Shown here: positions 20,740 through 29,669 of the stretch, one piece after another
Layout of the letters: each line of letters starts with the position of its first letter
How positions within the stretch are numbered: the stretch's first letter is position 1
NCBI GenBank assembly: GCA_964650185.1
Contig: CAZYRN010000001.1
Coordinates: forward strand, 46,284 to 110,283
DNA from: an uncultured Pseudomonadales bacterium
Lineage (GTDB): Bacteria; Patescibacteriota; Microgenomatia; UBA1400; PJMF01
Direction of reading: 5' to 3'
Length of the DNA stretch: 64,000 nucleotides
Made by a program: the position numbers and the translations under genes
The notes under the pieces: generated by a model
Database searches by the model: none
What the model saw: the letters and a program-made list of their open reading frames with translations, nothing else
Told to the model about the DNA's origin: nothing

Positions 20740-21849
20740 CTACAGATCAGCCTGAATGTAGGTCGGATCTAAGGCTGGTACATAACCCAAAAAGCCATGG
20801 TCACCTGAAAATACATAAATCGGCTGCAAATAAGACTGAGGTAGGTTAGATTCATAATAGCCCAAACTGACTTCTCTAATGACAGCTGTCTCCTGCTGAA
20901 CTACTCCCTGAGGGTCTACTCCCAACTGGGCAACATAACCCGCACCAGATTTGAGGATGTTCCAAGCCTCCTGAGCTGTACGCAGTGGATAAGTCTCAAT
21001 TTGTTCATAATCGATATTTTGATAGGTGTATTCCATCTCCATGACCGCATCCCTGCCTGAGAAACTGCCGCCTAAAATTGCGTGAATGGTGCCTTTGGTT
21101 CCTTCTGGGCCATACATGCGATACTGGCCATCTATGGGTTGTCTATTCAGATCAACTTGAATAAAGTTAGCATCTGAAAAACTCACCGCTTCTGTCAGCT
21201 CACCACCCACCGCTTTGAGATATTTAACTTCACCGGCGACGGTAGCCACATCAGCCGGCAATAGATTGGCTGCTGAAAGATAACCTTTGACTAACTGCAC
21301 CGCACCATACTCATCAGGCAGATTGGTTGCATTTAGCATCTCAGGCCGAGAAAGATAGTTGCTGGAAAGAGTAAAGTTTTGCGAGAAAATATCCATTTCG
21401 AGCTGCATATCTAAGGGTTGCGCCTTTTCCCAGCGATAGGTGTTGCTGTCTAGGATGCGAGGCTCAAAAACGAAGTTGTAGTTAGCGGCAATTTCTCGAG
21501 CCCGCTGGTCAGCCAATAGGCTAGGGGTGGCATTAATCATCAGAAAGACTTTGCTCCGATCAGAAAAGCTGGGCACTGTTCCAGTGGCTGTTTCTAAGAC
21601 ATAACTGCGCGGTCGATCAGACTCATCTTGAACGGGAAAATTGACGGCTGGCAGCTTACCAAAGCCAACCGTAGGAGGAGGAGGCGGTGGCGGATTTACA
21701 GATCTCCAAAAAGCAATAAATGAAGTGAGAAAAATCCTCCCTACTATTAAAGCCACTACTAGAATGCCACCATACTTCACGGCGATTCTAGCCATATGGG
21801 TAGTTTGGGATAAAGTTAGGCCGGTAGTAGAAGGGGGATTATTAGCCAT
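20740..21849 (-). CDS. Membrane-anchored extracytoplasmic protein with poly-proline linker (hypothetical)
   Basis: N-terminal TM segment (IAVKYGGILVVALIVGRIFL...) followed by PPPPPPP and a 300-aa domain with no recognisable motif. Confidence 0.4.
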   Translation of the reverse strand: MANNPPSTTGLTLSQTTHMARIAVKYGGILVVALIVGRIFLTSFIAFWRSVNPPPPPPPTVGFGKLPAVNFPVQDESDRPRSYVLETATGTVPSFSDRSKVFLMINATPSLLADQRAREIAANYNFVFEPRILDSNTYRWEKAQPLDMQLEMDIFSQNFTLSSNYLSRPEMLNATNLPDEYGAVQLVKGYLSAANLLPADVATVAGEVKYLKAVGGELTEAVSFSDANFIQVDLNRQPIDGQYRMYGPEGTKGTIHAILGGSFSGRDAVMEMEYTYQNIDYEQIETYPLRTAQEAWNILKSGAGYVAQLGVDPQGVVQQETAVIREVSLGYYESNLPQSYLQPIYVFSGDHGFLGYVPALDPTYIQADL

Positions 21850-21853
21850 AAGT

Positions 21854-22771
21854 TTATGATACCGAAAAATTCTCCCATCGGTACTGTCTAAATACCCACT
21901 CCATAATTTGCTCTGTATCTACATAACGATTTTGACTACCCAGCAAAACAATAATAATAGCTTTGCCATCTCTTTCTACTTGAGTAATTAAGGCTTCGCC
22001 AGCTAAATCTGTTGTACCGGTTTTAATCCCCACTACATCACTTCTGCCAATTAGCTGATTGGTGTTGTATAAGTTAAAAACAATCCTACCGCTGACATCG
22101 GTAATAATAGATTCTTCTTCATCCACTATGGTTCTGAAAAAATCATCTTTCATAAACTCTCTTGCCAACAGCGATAGCTCAAAAGCGGTCGTCTGATGAT
22201 CAAGTGCATCCAAGCCAGCGGGATTGGTAAATGAGGTTTGAGTTAAATTTAAAGCCTGAGCCTGCTGATTCATCTCCGTCACGAACTGAACGTAACCTTG
22301 CGGGTGGTGCTGGGCTAAAATATTTGCCGCATCATTGCCGGAACTAATCAGTAACGCTTTTAGTAATTCCTTGACAGTAAACTGACTGCCCACCGGAAAT
22401 CCAATCACATGACCAACTGAAGCTGAGCCGCTGCTAACAGTCATTATTTGATCTAGATCATAGTTCTTTCTGGCCACTAACGCTGTCATCAACTTAGTGG
22501 TTGAAGCTGGAGAAATAGGTTCATGAGCATGACGCTGGAGTAAAATACTGGCTGATTCAACGTCGATAACCGCAATAGAACGGGCAGAAACCGTCGCTAA
22601 GAGTTCTTCATCGCTCAAATCATCTGCCACCGCCACAGGTATGGGAGCAACTGCTTTTAAATTGACTGGAGTGCTGAGTTGCTGCAGCGGTACTGCAATG
22701 GCCACTGGGGTCATTAACACTATGGAAAATACTATCACTGCTAAATACTGATCAACTCTAAGCCTTGGCAC
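21854..22771 (-). CDS. D-alanyl-D-alanine carboxypeptidase (peptidase S11, PBP5-like)
   Basis: SxxK (ASTTKLMT), SxN (ISSGNDAAN) and KTG (IKTGTT) motifs in the canonical order. N-terminal signal/anchor. Confidence 0.85.
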   Translation of the reverse strand: MPRLRVDQYLAVIVFSIVLMTPVAIAVPLQQLSTPVNLKAVAPIPVAVADDLSDEELLATVSARSIAVIDVESASILLQRHAHEPISPASTTKLMTALVARKNYDLDQIMTVSSGSASVGHVIGFPVGSQFTVKELLKALLISSGNDAANILAQHHPQGYVQFVTEMNQQAQALNLTQTSFTNPAGLDALDHQTTAFELSLLAREFMKDDFFRTIVDEEESIITDVSGRIVFNLYNTNQLIGRSDVVGIKTGTTDLAGEALITQVERDGKAIIIVLLGSQNRYVDTEQIMEWVFRQYRWENFSVS

Positions 22772-22790
22772 AGCCTTATTTTAGTAAAAA

Positions 22791-24203
22791 TTACTCTTTA
22801 TTGATACTGGGTTTAATCTGCAAACCGAGCTCGTCTAGTTGTTCTTCAGCCACTGTTGAAGGTGCATCCATGACCGCTGTTCGGCCAGTTGATGTCATCG
22901 GGAAAGCAATTGACTCTTTAATCGATGTTTCTTGAGCCAGCACCATCACGTGACGATCCAGACCTAGGGCTATGCCGCCATGAGGGGGTGTTCCCACAGC
23001 AAATGCTTCTAACATATGACCAATGTTGGCTTCAATTTCCTCATCTGAGTAACCCATAATACGGAATGTTTGTCTCAGCACCTCTGGTTGATGGGCTCGA
23101 ATGCTGCCTCCGCCGACTTCATAGCCGTTACAGACCAGGTCATATTGCGTTGATAGTATCTGGTCAATGTTTTCACCTGCCAGATGATCTGCTAAAAACT
23201 CTGCTTTAGGCTGACTAAAAGGATTATGGGTGAAGGTCCAGCCACTGCGGCCATCAGCTACTTCAGCAGCATCACTGCGATCTACTTTTTTGAAGAAAGG
23301 AAAATCAACTACCCACGCAAAAGCCAATAAGCCCTGTTTCTTTTCGTCCTCAGTCCGAAAGTCAAACTTATCAGCTCCAAATTTTTCAATTGCTTCCTGG
23401 TAGGTAAATACGGGAAACTGCTGATCCTTAAGCTGGCCTCCGACAGTGGTGACGGCTTCTTTAACCATCTCCTCTACCGTCTGCATCACTTCTTCTCGAG
23501 ATACAAAGCTCATTTCTAAGTCGACTTGAGTATGTTCAAAACCGCGATCGGCTCGTAGATCCTCATCTCTGATGCAGCGGGCAAATTGAAAATACCGCTC
23601 AACCCCAGCTGTCATCAAGAGTTGTTTATACTGTTGTGGGCTCTGCGGTAGAGCATAAAACTTGCCGTGCTGAAAACGTGACGGCACAATAAAATCTCTC
23701 GCCCCTTCTTTGGTGGATTTTGTCAACAAAGGCGTCTCCACTTCCACAAATTCTCGTTTGTATAAAGCTTCACGCAAGGCACGAGAATAATCGGAACGAA
23801 GTTTCAGATTCTGTCTCATTCTGGAGCGACGTAAATCTAGATAGCGATATTTAAGCCGAGGTTCTTCACCAATCTCATAGCCATCACTATCTAGTTGAAT
23901 TGGTAATTCCTTGGATTTGTTGAGCACCTCATATTCAGCTACTTCAATTTCGACAGTGCCAGTGGCTAAATCAGGATTGATATTTCGCTCTGACCGATCT
24001 TTAACTAAACCAGTAATTTTTACTACCGATTCAACCGTCAACTCGCCCAGCATATTGACCCCCACACACTGTATTAAAGAAGTCCGATCTCTCAAATCAA
24101 TAAAAGTCACTTTGCCATGATCGCGCTTACTATCCACCCAGCCCATAACCGTGACGGTCTGGCCCGATAATGTAGGTGTATCAATAATCATGGTTCGTTT
24201 CAT
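22791..24203 (-). CDS. aspS: Aspartyl-tRNA synthetase, bacterial-type motifs but lacking the GAD insertion domain (470 aa)
   Basis: Motif 2 FARCIRDEDLRADRGFEHTQVDLEMSF and motif 3 GGGSIRAHQPEV...GLDRHVMVL. The region between them is about 130 aa shorter than in E. coli AspRS. Confidence 0.9.
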   Translation of the reverse strand: MKRTMIIDTPTLSGQTVTVMGWVDSKRDHGKVTFIDLRDRTSLIQCVGVNMLGELTVESVVKITGLVKDRSERNINPDLATGTVEIEVAEYEVLNKSKELPIQLDSDGYEIGEEPRLKYRYLDLRRSRMRQNLKLRSDYSRALREALYKREFVEVETPLLTKSTKEGARDFIVPSRFQHGKFYALPQSPQQYKQLLMTAGVERYFQFARCIRDEDLRADRGFEHTQVDLEMSFVSREEVMQTVEEMVKEAVTTVGGQLKDQQFPVFTYQEAIEKFGADKFDFRTEDEKKQGLLAFAWVVDFPFFKKVDRSDAAEVADGRSGWTFTHNPFSQPKAEFLADHLAGENIDQILSTQYDLVCNGYEVGGGSIRAHQPEVLRQTFRIMGYSDEEIEANIGHMLEAFAVGTPPHGGIALGLDRHVMVLAQETSIKESIAFPMTSTGRTAVMDAPSTVAEEQLDELGLQIKPSINKE

Positions 24204-24412
24204 CTAGCTCCTTAAATATATTTATAGCAAAAAACCCTCTTTCAACCACCCGCAGATGATCAAAAGAGGGTTTTAAATAAACGGTGCCACCTCTAATTTA
24301 ACTTCATTCCAGCTGTGATGGGCTTACCCAGCTTGGTTGCGACCCCAAGCAGCTCTCTCTAAGTCGAGAATTACCCGCTGTCAACGGATTCTAGAGCTGT
24401 TTTTTTTCTGGT
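24204..24412 (-). promoter_or_regulatory. T-box-like riboswitch leader upstream of aspS (Asp specifier GAC; reduced Stem I)
   Basis: On the minus strand the conserved T-box sequence AATTAGAGGTGGCACCG (plus 24282-24298) overlaps an antiterminator/terminator pair and is followed by the AAGGAG RBS and the aspS ATG. A candidate specifier GACA sits in a short hairpin loop (plus 24379-24382). The variable T-box base C is complementary to the G73 discriminator expected for tRNA-Asp. Confidence 0.55.
24228..24276 (-). terminator. Intrinsic terminator of the aspS leader (T-box terminator helix)
   Basis: 12-bp stem AAAACCCTCTTT / AAAGAGGGTTTT with about a 20-nt loop, followed on the minus strand by TTTTTTG, about 20 nt upstream of the aspS RBS. 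Confidence 0.55.
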
Positions 24413-24415
24413 GTA

Positions 24416-24444
24416 ATCGTAACATAGCAATTTTTACTTGACAA
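24416..24444 (-). promoter_or_regulatory. Candidate sigma70-type promoter for the aspS leader (TTGTCA-N17-TACGAT)
   Basis: -35/-10-like hexamers with 17-nt spacing on the minus strand. The opposite strand carries TTGACA-N16-TAAACT facing the divergent gene 24491. Confidence 0.35.
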
Positions 24445-24490
24445 GCTTAGAGAACTTAGTAAACTGCACCAAAAGTAGAATGAAATTATT

Positions 24491-25549
24491 ATGGACAGAA
24501 AATTTATCCCATCTACACCATTGGACAGAGTTTTCTTAGGCAATGGCAATGGTCAAACTATTACTAATCATGAGGTGCCACGATATCCAGAATATGATCT
24601 AGTTACATCTCCAAGTGAAATTAATCCTAGAAGTTTTGCTAAATCAGTTGAAACTTGGAACTCTTCTCGAATTCGAATATTAATGAAATTAGCTAGCTCC
24701 TGTTTAAATAATATTGACCCCAACACATATGCTTTGGTTTTAACCGGCTCTGATGCTCGAAGAGAGAAAGGGCCATACTCTCCATTTGAATTATTGGTTA
24801 TTGCTTCAGACAAAGGTGTTGCTGAATACATTAGGTCAACCATATTTACCAATTTATGTAAGAGAAATAGACGTAATTTATGGAATGAAATTGATCCAGA
24901 TATAGAAATAAAGATTATTGGAAAACAGAGAAAACATGATGAATATATCTCTGGATACTTAGGAGATAAGCTTCATCCATGGCCAGACAGAGTTTTAGCT
25001 GGTCAAATATTAGCTGGAAATCCAGACTTTCTACAAGAAGCAAGGTTGTCAACTGTTGATGAATTTATTCATTCAAGTTCTATTAGAAGAAGAATTAGAA
25101 GGAGACTTAGCGGTCTAATTCGCATTGTAGAGACAGGAGGTTTGAGAAATGAGCAAACACCCCGTCTCCATTTCGATGAAGAAATACTTTATTTTAATCC
25201 TGATCAATATGTTTTAGGTTTTAAACATAATATTATGAGACTTATTCAGGTAATTACTACTCTTCGACAATTAGAGTCTGAGGATTCAATTACTTCTAGA
25301 TTGGCCGTTGATACAAACACTATTAATAGACTTTCAGAGTTATTTGGTTCAGTAGCTCCCAGTTTATTAGAGGCTACTGCCGATGCCTATGCACTAGCAT
25401 TATGGTCATATCATGTTCAGCAGTGGAGGTATCAAAAGTATGAACAATCTAGCGAAGCTGCTTCTTTATATTTAGGAAAGAATCTTATTAAAATTGTGAC
25501 ATCGACGGTGTTATTTTTTGCAAATGAGGTGAGATCAACTGAGTTTTAG
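24491..25549 (+). CDS. Hypothetical protein with degenerate GlnD/GlnE-like nucleotidyltransferase motif; AT-rich orphan gene
   Basis: 352-aa ORF, markedly more AT-rich than its neighbours. LVLTGSDARREKGPYSPFELLVIA mimics the Pol-beta NTase GS-x9-SDIDLL motif, but with P-F-E replacing D-x-D. Confidence 0.35.
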   Translation: MDRKFIPSTPLDRVFLGNGNGQTITNHEVPRYPEYDLVTSPSEINPRSFAKSVETWNSSRIRILMKLASSCLNNIDPNTYALVLTGSDARREKGPYSPFELLVIASDKGVAEYIRSTIFTNLCKRNRRNLWNEIDPDIEIKIIGKQRKHDEYISGYLGDKLHPWPDRVLAGQILAGNPDFLQEARLSTVDEFIHSSSIRRRIRRRLSGLIRIVETGGLRNEQTPRLHFDEEILYFNPDQYVLGFKHNIMRLIQVITTLRQLESEDSITSRLAVDTNTINRLSELFGSVAPSLLEATADAYALALWSYHVQQWRYQKYEQSSEAASLYLGKNLIKIVTSTVLFFANEVRSTEF

Positions 25550-25564
25550 ACGAGGTAATATCAA

Positions 25565-27244
25565 TTATTTCTTTAGTTGATGAAGAATATCTACCACCCT
25601 CACTTGCAGAGATGTTCGATGACGCCACTCATTAATCTCTAGGACGCCAGCGATATCAACCTTATCTCCAGCCGACAGTTTTTGAGCCAACTCTCCTTTT
25701 CTCCAAGCTAAAAAGTTAATGGGCTGGACACTCTCGCCCACTCGACCTACCAACTTTAAGTGCTGCTTTTCCTTACCAACAGTCATCACTTCTAATAACT
25801 CAACCTCTTTGATCCCGAAAACTGGTTCTGGATTGCCGCTGCCAAATGGAGCCAGCCGCTGCACGGCATCCGCGGTAGCTAGAGTCAGCAGCTCTTCTGG
25901 CAAAACTATGTCAACCTCAAGTGATGGCTGAAGCAGACTTTGATCTATCTGCTCTTTAGCTAACTGCCTTAATTTAGTCGTTACTAGCTCTAATTTAGTT
26001 GTTTCAAAACCAAATCCCGCTGCCATGGGATGACCGCCAACTTCCAATAATTCTGCTTTAACCTGTCTAATTAACTCAATGATATTTACCCCAGGAATTG
26101 ATCTGGCTGAAGCTTTAACAGTTTTCTCACTAATACTCATCGCAATCGCTGGTTTATAAAACCTTTCAACTAAACGGCCGGCAATTAAACCAATCACACC
26201 CTCATGGTAATCCGCTGAAGCTGCGATAATAAGATGTTCTTCTCGCCACTCTTGACTATTTGACAGGGCATCAGCCATCATTTCATAGGTTAATTCTTGG
26301 CGCTGATTGTTAGTACTGCCCAGCAGCTCTGCCAATTCTGCTGCCCGACCAGCATTATTTGTCAAAACAAGTCTGAGAGCATCTAGACTATGACCCAGTC
26401 TACCCATTGCATTAATGCGTGGTGCAATAGCGTAACCGACAGTCTGACTAGTGATATCTTTTTGATTAATTCCGGCTTGACTCAACAATGCCAACAAGCC
26501 AGGTTTTTTGGACTTTTGCAGTTGGGCAAGACCATGATAAGCAAAACTACGATTAGCAGCTTTTAATAAAACCTGATCGGCAATGGTAGCAATGCCAGTC
26601 AAATCCAACTGATCATTAATATTTTGATCGAAGCTCCTTGCAAGCTGGTTGGCTAACATCCACGCCACGGTTGTGCCACATAATTGATCGGTATGAACAA
26701 CTGCTAAAGCCAGCGGTAGTTCTGCTTCAGGCTGATGATGATCAGTAATAATTAAATCAATGCCGGCGGCAGCGATTTGCTGAGCATGTTCGTGAGCAAC
26801 GATGCCATTATCAACCGTAATAATTAAGCGAGGCTGTTGAACAGCTAGTAAATCTGTTAAGGCGGCGGCTGATAAGCCATAACCATGCTTTTCCCGATGT
26901 GGAATAAAAGGCACAGCTTTGGCCTTTAATCGATAAAGAGTTTGCCATAAGACGGCTGTAGCACAAACACCATCCGCATCATAATCACCAAAAACAACAA
27001 TTTCCTCTTCATTTTTGATGGCCTGCTTAATCCGCTTTAGCGCCGTTTGTAGCTGCTGCTCATCCAATCCGACAGAGGTCAAACTTATTTTACTAGGATG
27101 GACAGGCTGAAAAAAATCATCTTCCTGATCTAATTCACGATTTTTCAGCAAAATAGTCATCAGCTCATCTAGGTGCTTTGGGACTTGCTCAGTTCTAATC
27201 TTCCAGTTCATGATGATGACAGTATAATAGAACTCGTATGTCAT
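25565..27244 (-). CDS. recJ: Single-stranded-DNA-specific exonuclease RecJ
   Basis: DHH motifs (VVFGDYDADGVCAT; IITDHHQPE) and the DHHA1-type C-terminal region. 559 aa. Confidence 0.9.
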   Translation of the reverse strand: MTYEFYYTVIIMNWKIRTEQVPKHLDELMTILLKNRELDQEDDFFQPVHPSKISLTSVGLDEQQLQTALKRIKQAIKNEEEIVVFGDYDADGVCATAVLWQTLYRLKAKAVPFIPHREKHGYGLSAAALTDLLAVQQPRLIITVDNGIVAHEHAQQIAAAGIDLIITDHHQPEAELPLALAVVHTDQLCGTTVAWMLANQLARSFDQNINDQLDLTGIATIADQVLLKAANRSFAYHGLAQLQKSKKPGLLALLSQAGINQKDITSQTVGYAIAPRINAMGRLGHSLDALRLVLTNNAGRAAELAELLGSTNNQRQELTYEMMADALSNSQEWREEHLIIAASADYHEGVIGLIAGRLVERFYKPAIAMSISEKTVKASARSIPGVNIIELIRQVKAELLEVGGHPMAAGFGFETTKLELVTTKLRQLAKEQIDQSLLQPSLEVDIVLPEELLTLATADAVQRLAPFGSGNPEPVFGIKEVELLEVMTVGKEKQHLKLVGRVGESVQPINFLAWRKGELAQKLSAGDKVDIAGVLEINEWRHRTSLQVRVVDILHQLKK

Positions 27245-28749
27245 TAAAACTAAGGCCTGAAGTTGAGTACATTTTAACGACCTTGCATCAAGCTGGCTAT
27301 GAAGTATTTCTAGTCGGCGGAGCAGTCAGAGATTTGCTGTTGGATAAAGACTTTAAAGATTACGACTTTACGACCAATGCCCGTCCAGAACAAATTAAAG
27401 AGCTTTTTCCGGAAAGCTACTATGAGAATGAGTTTGGCACCGTTTCCATTACTCATCCAGAACTTTTAAAACAAATGGGGGTTGATGAAGAAGCAGTGGG
27501 GTTAGCTCGGGTCGATGCTAAATCTGACTCCACTTTAATTGATCTAGCTCAAGCCAGCAAGATTCATCACTCGCTTCAAGTGCCTGAAGAATTGAAAACA
27601 GCTACTAACTCAATTGCTGTTGATCATGAGAACGCTTATCAATACTTTCCTGACTTTGAGATTACTACCTATCGTTCTCAAGAGATCTACGAAGATTTTC
27701 GTCATCCCGACCCAACCCAACTAGAATGGGGTGAATCAATTGAGGAAGATTTAGCCAGAAGAGACTTTACCATTAATGCCCTAGCTCTTAATCTTCAGGG
27801 TGAAATTATTGATCCTTATCAAGGACAAGCAGATTTAGAGGCTAAACTGATTAAAACAGTTGGTGAACCCGACGAGCGCTTTAAAGAAGATGCTTTGAGA
27901 ATGCTCAGGGCGATCCGTTTTTCTGTTCAGCTAGGATTTGTTATCGATCCAGCCGTACTTCAGTCAATTAAAGCACATAGTCATTTAGTTGCTAAGATAA
28001 GCTCAGAAAGAATTAGAGATGAATTTTTTAAGATACTCAGCAGTTCACAACCAAAAGCTGGTTTGCAGCTGCTTGATGAAACGGGCTTGTTATCTGAATT
28101 CTTGCATGAACTAGCAGCTACAAAGTGAGTTGATCAGGGCGGTCATCATACTACTGATGTCTGTACTCATAGCGTGGATGCCTTAGCCAACTGCCCAAGC
28201 TCAGATCCGATTGTAAAACTGGCCACCTTGCTTCATGACATTGGTAAACCAGCTACTTATCAACTGAGAAATGGTGAGATCACTTTTTATAATCATGAAA
28301 TTGTTGGATCGAGGATCGCGGATCGCATTGGTCAACGATTGCACTTATCAAAGAGAGAGCTACGGCGGCTGTTTATCTTAGTCAGGCATCATATGTTCTA
28401 CTACCAGCCCGAAAACAGTGATGCAGCCATTCGCCGATTTATGACCCGAGTTGGTTTAGAAAATATTGATGATATTTTAGCCTTACGAGAAGGTGACCGG
28501 CTGGGCAGCGGAGTTAGAAAAACCAGCTGGAGATTAGAGGAAATGAAAGAACGGATCGTTGGTCAGCTCAACCAGCCTATGGCTGTGACTGATCTAGCAA
28601 TTTCTGGTCATGATTTAATGGCTCAGTTTGATCTAAAACCCGGCCCTTGGATTGGCGCAGTTTTAGATAAATTATTAGAGGAAGTGCTAGACAATCCTGA
28701 GTTAAATACTAAAGAACAGTTGCTAAAACTAGCTCAAGAGCTAGTTTAG
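27238..28749 (+). CDS. cca: CCA-adding tRNA nucleotidyltransferase (head/neck/body plus HD domain); reading frame interrupted by one in-frame TGA at 28126-28128
   Basis: N-terminal LVGGAVRDLLL plus DxD-type NTase head. The C-terminal HD domain (GGHHTTDVCTHSVDAL ... LLHDIGKP) is split across two same-frame ORFs (27238..28128 and 28174..28749). The HD metal-binding motif straddles the TGA. Confidence 0.8.
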
Positions 28750-28766
28750 TTTTTCAATGAAATATA

Positions 28767-29669
28767 CTAATGTTGGCGCCGGCGGCGAGATTTGATTTTT
28801 TGAGCTAACTCATCCCAAAACAGCAGTAACGGGGCGGCAATAAATGTGGAAGAGTAAGTGCCAGTTATGGCGCCAATTAATAACGCCACCGCAAACCACC
28901 GAATGGTATCTCCGCCTAACAAAGACAAAGCCACGAGCATGATAATAATTGTGACCGAGTTATTAATGGAACGACTAAGTGTTTCTATGACCGCCGCATC
29001 GACTACCGTTTCAGTTTCAACTTTGACATGTTTGCGTTTCAACTCTCTAATTCGATCAAAAACAACAATTGTGTCATGAACTGAAAACGACAGAGTTGTT
29101 AAAAGAGCTGTCACAAATAAAATATCTACCTCGATACCGGCAAACCAGCCCAACAGACTGAAAATGCCTAATAAAATCAGCGAGTCATGGAACATAGCAA
29201 GAATGGCTGCGACACCAAACTTAATCTCATCAAACTGCGTCCAGACATAAATCATTATGAGAGTGGCGGCAATTGCGACCGCCATTAAAGTTTTCATCAA
29301 CAGCTCCCGTCCCAAAGCAGGCCCAACAGTTTCAAATCTCAGCTCTTCCACCTCGCCATACTTAGTGGTAATGCTTTCCATGACGAGATTCTTTTGTTCA
29401 TTTGGCATCTCCTTACCTTTTAAAATCAGTTGATTTGAACCAGATTGCTGGACTGAATCCAGCTGATAAACATCATTTAAAACCGCTTTTAATTCGTCTT
29501 GTGTAAGCTGAACATCTTCATCAACTTGAATAAATCTTACCTCTAACAGAGAGCCGCCGGTAAAATCTATCGCTGGCTTAAGACCAAATAAAATTAGCGA
29601 AACTAGACCCGGGATGATAAAGAGCAGTGAAATACCAACATACAGCCACCGCCACTTCATTAAATTCAT
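28767..29669 (-). CDS. secF: Protein translocase subunit SecF
   Basis: 300-aa polytopic protein, N-terminal MNLMKWRWLYVGISL...IDFTGGSLLEVRF (SecF periplasmic domain). Lies downstream of secD with a 4-nt overlap. Confidence 0.9.
   Translation of the reverse strand: MNLMKWRWLYVGISLLFIIPGLVSLILFGLKPAIDFTGGSLLEVRFIQVDEDVQLTQDELKAVLNDVYQLDSVQQSGSNQLILKGKEMPNEQKNLVMESITTKYGEVEELRFETVGPALGRELLMKTLMAVAIAATLIMIYVWTQFDEIKFGVAAILAMFHDSLILLGIFSLLGWFAGIEVDILFVTALLTTLSFSVHDTIVVFDRIRELKRKHVKVETETVVDAAVIETLSRSINNSVTIIIMLVALSLLGGDTIRWFAVALLIGAITGTYSSTFIAAPLLLFWDELAQKIKSRRRRQH

Noticed and set aside
28126-28128. TGA reassigned to Gly or Trp (genetic code 25 or 4) as the explanation for the interrupted cca gene
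   Set aside because: Another gene in the window terminates cleanly on TGA in a classic ATGA start/stop overlap (5374..6420). All long ORFs are intact under the standard code. Only this one site would need recoding.
28781-28795. GC-rich palindrome GGCGCCGGCGGCG as a terminator after the cca 3' region
   Set aside because: It lies inside the secF reading frame (minus strand), where it encodes the C-terminal RRRR. There is no T-tract on either strand.
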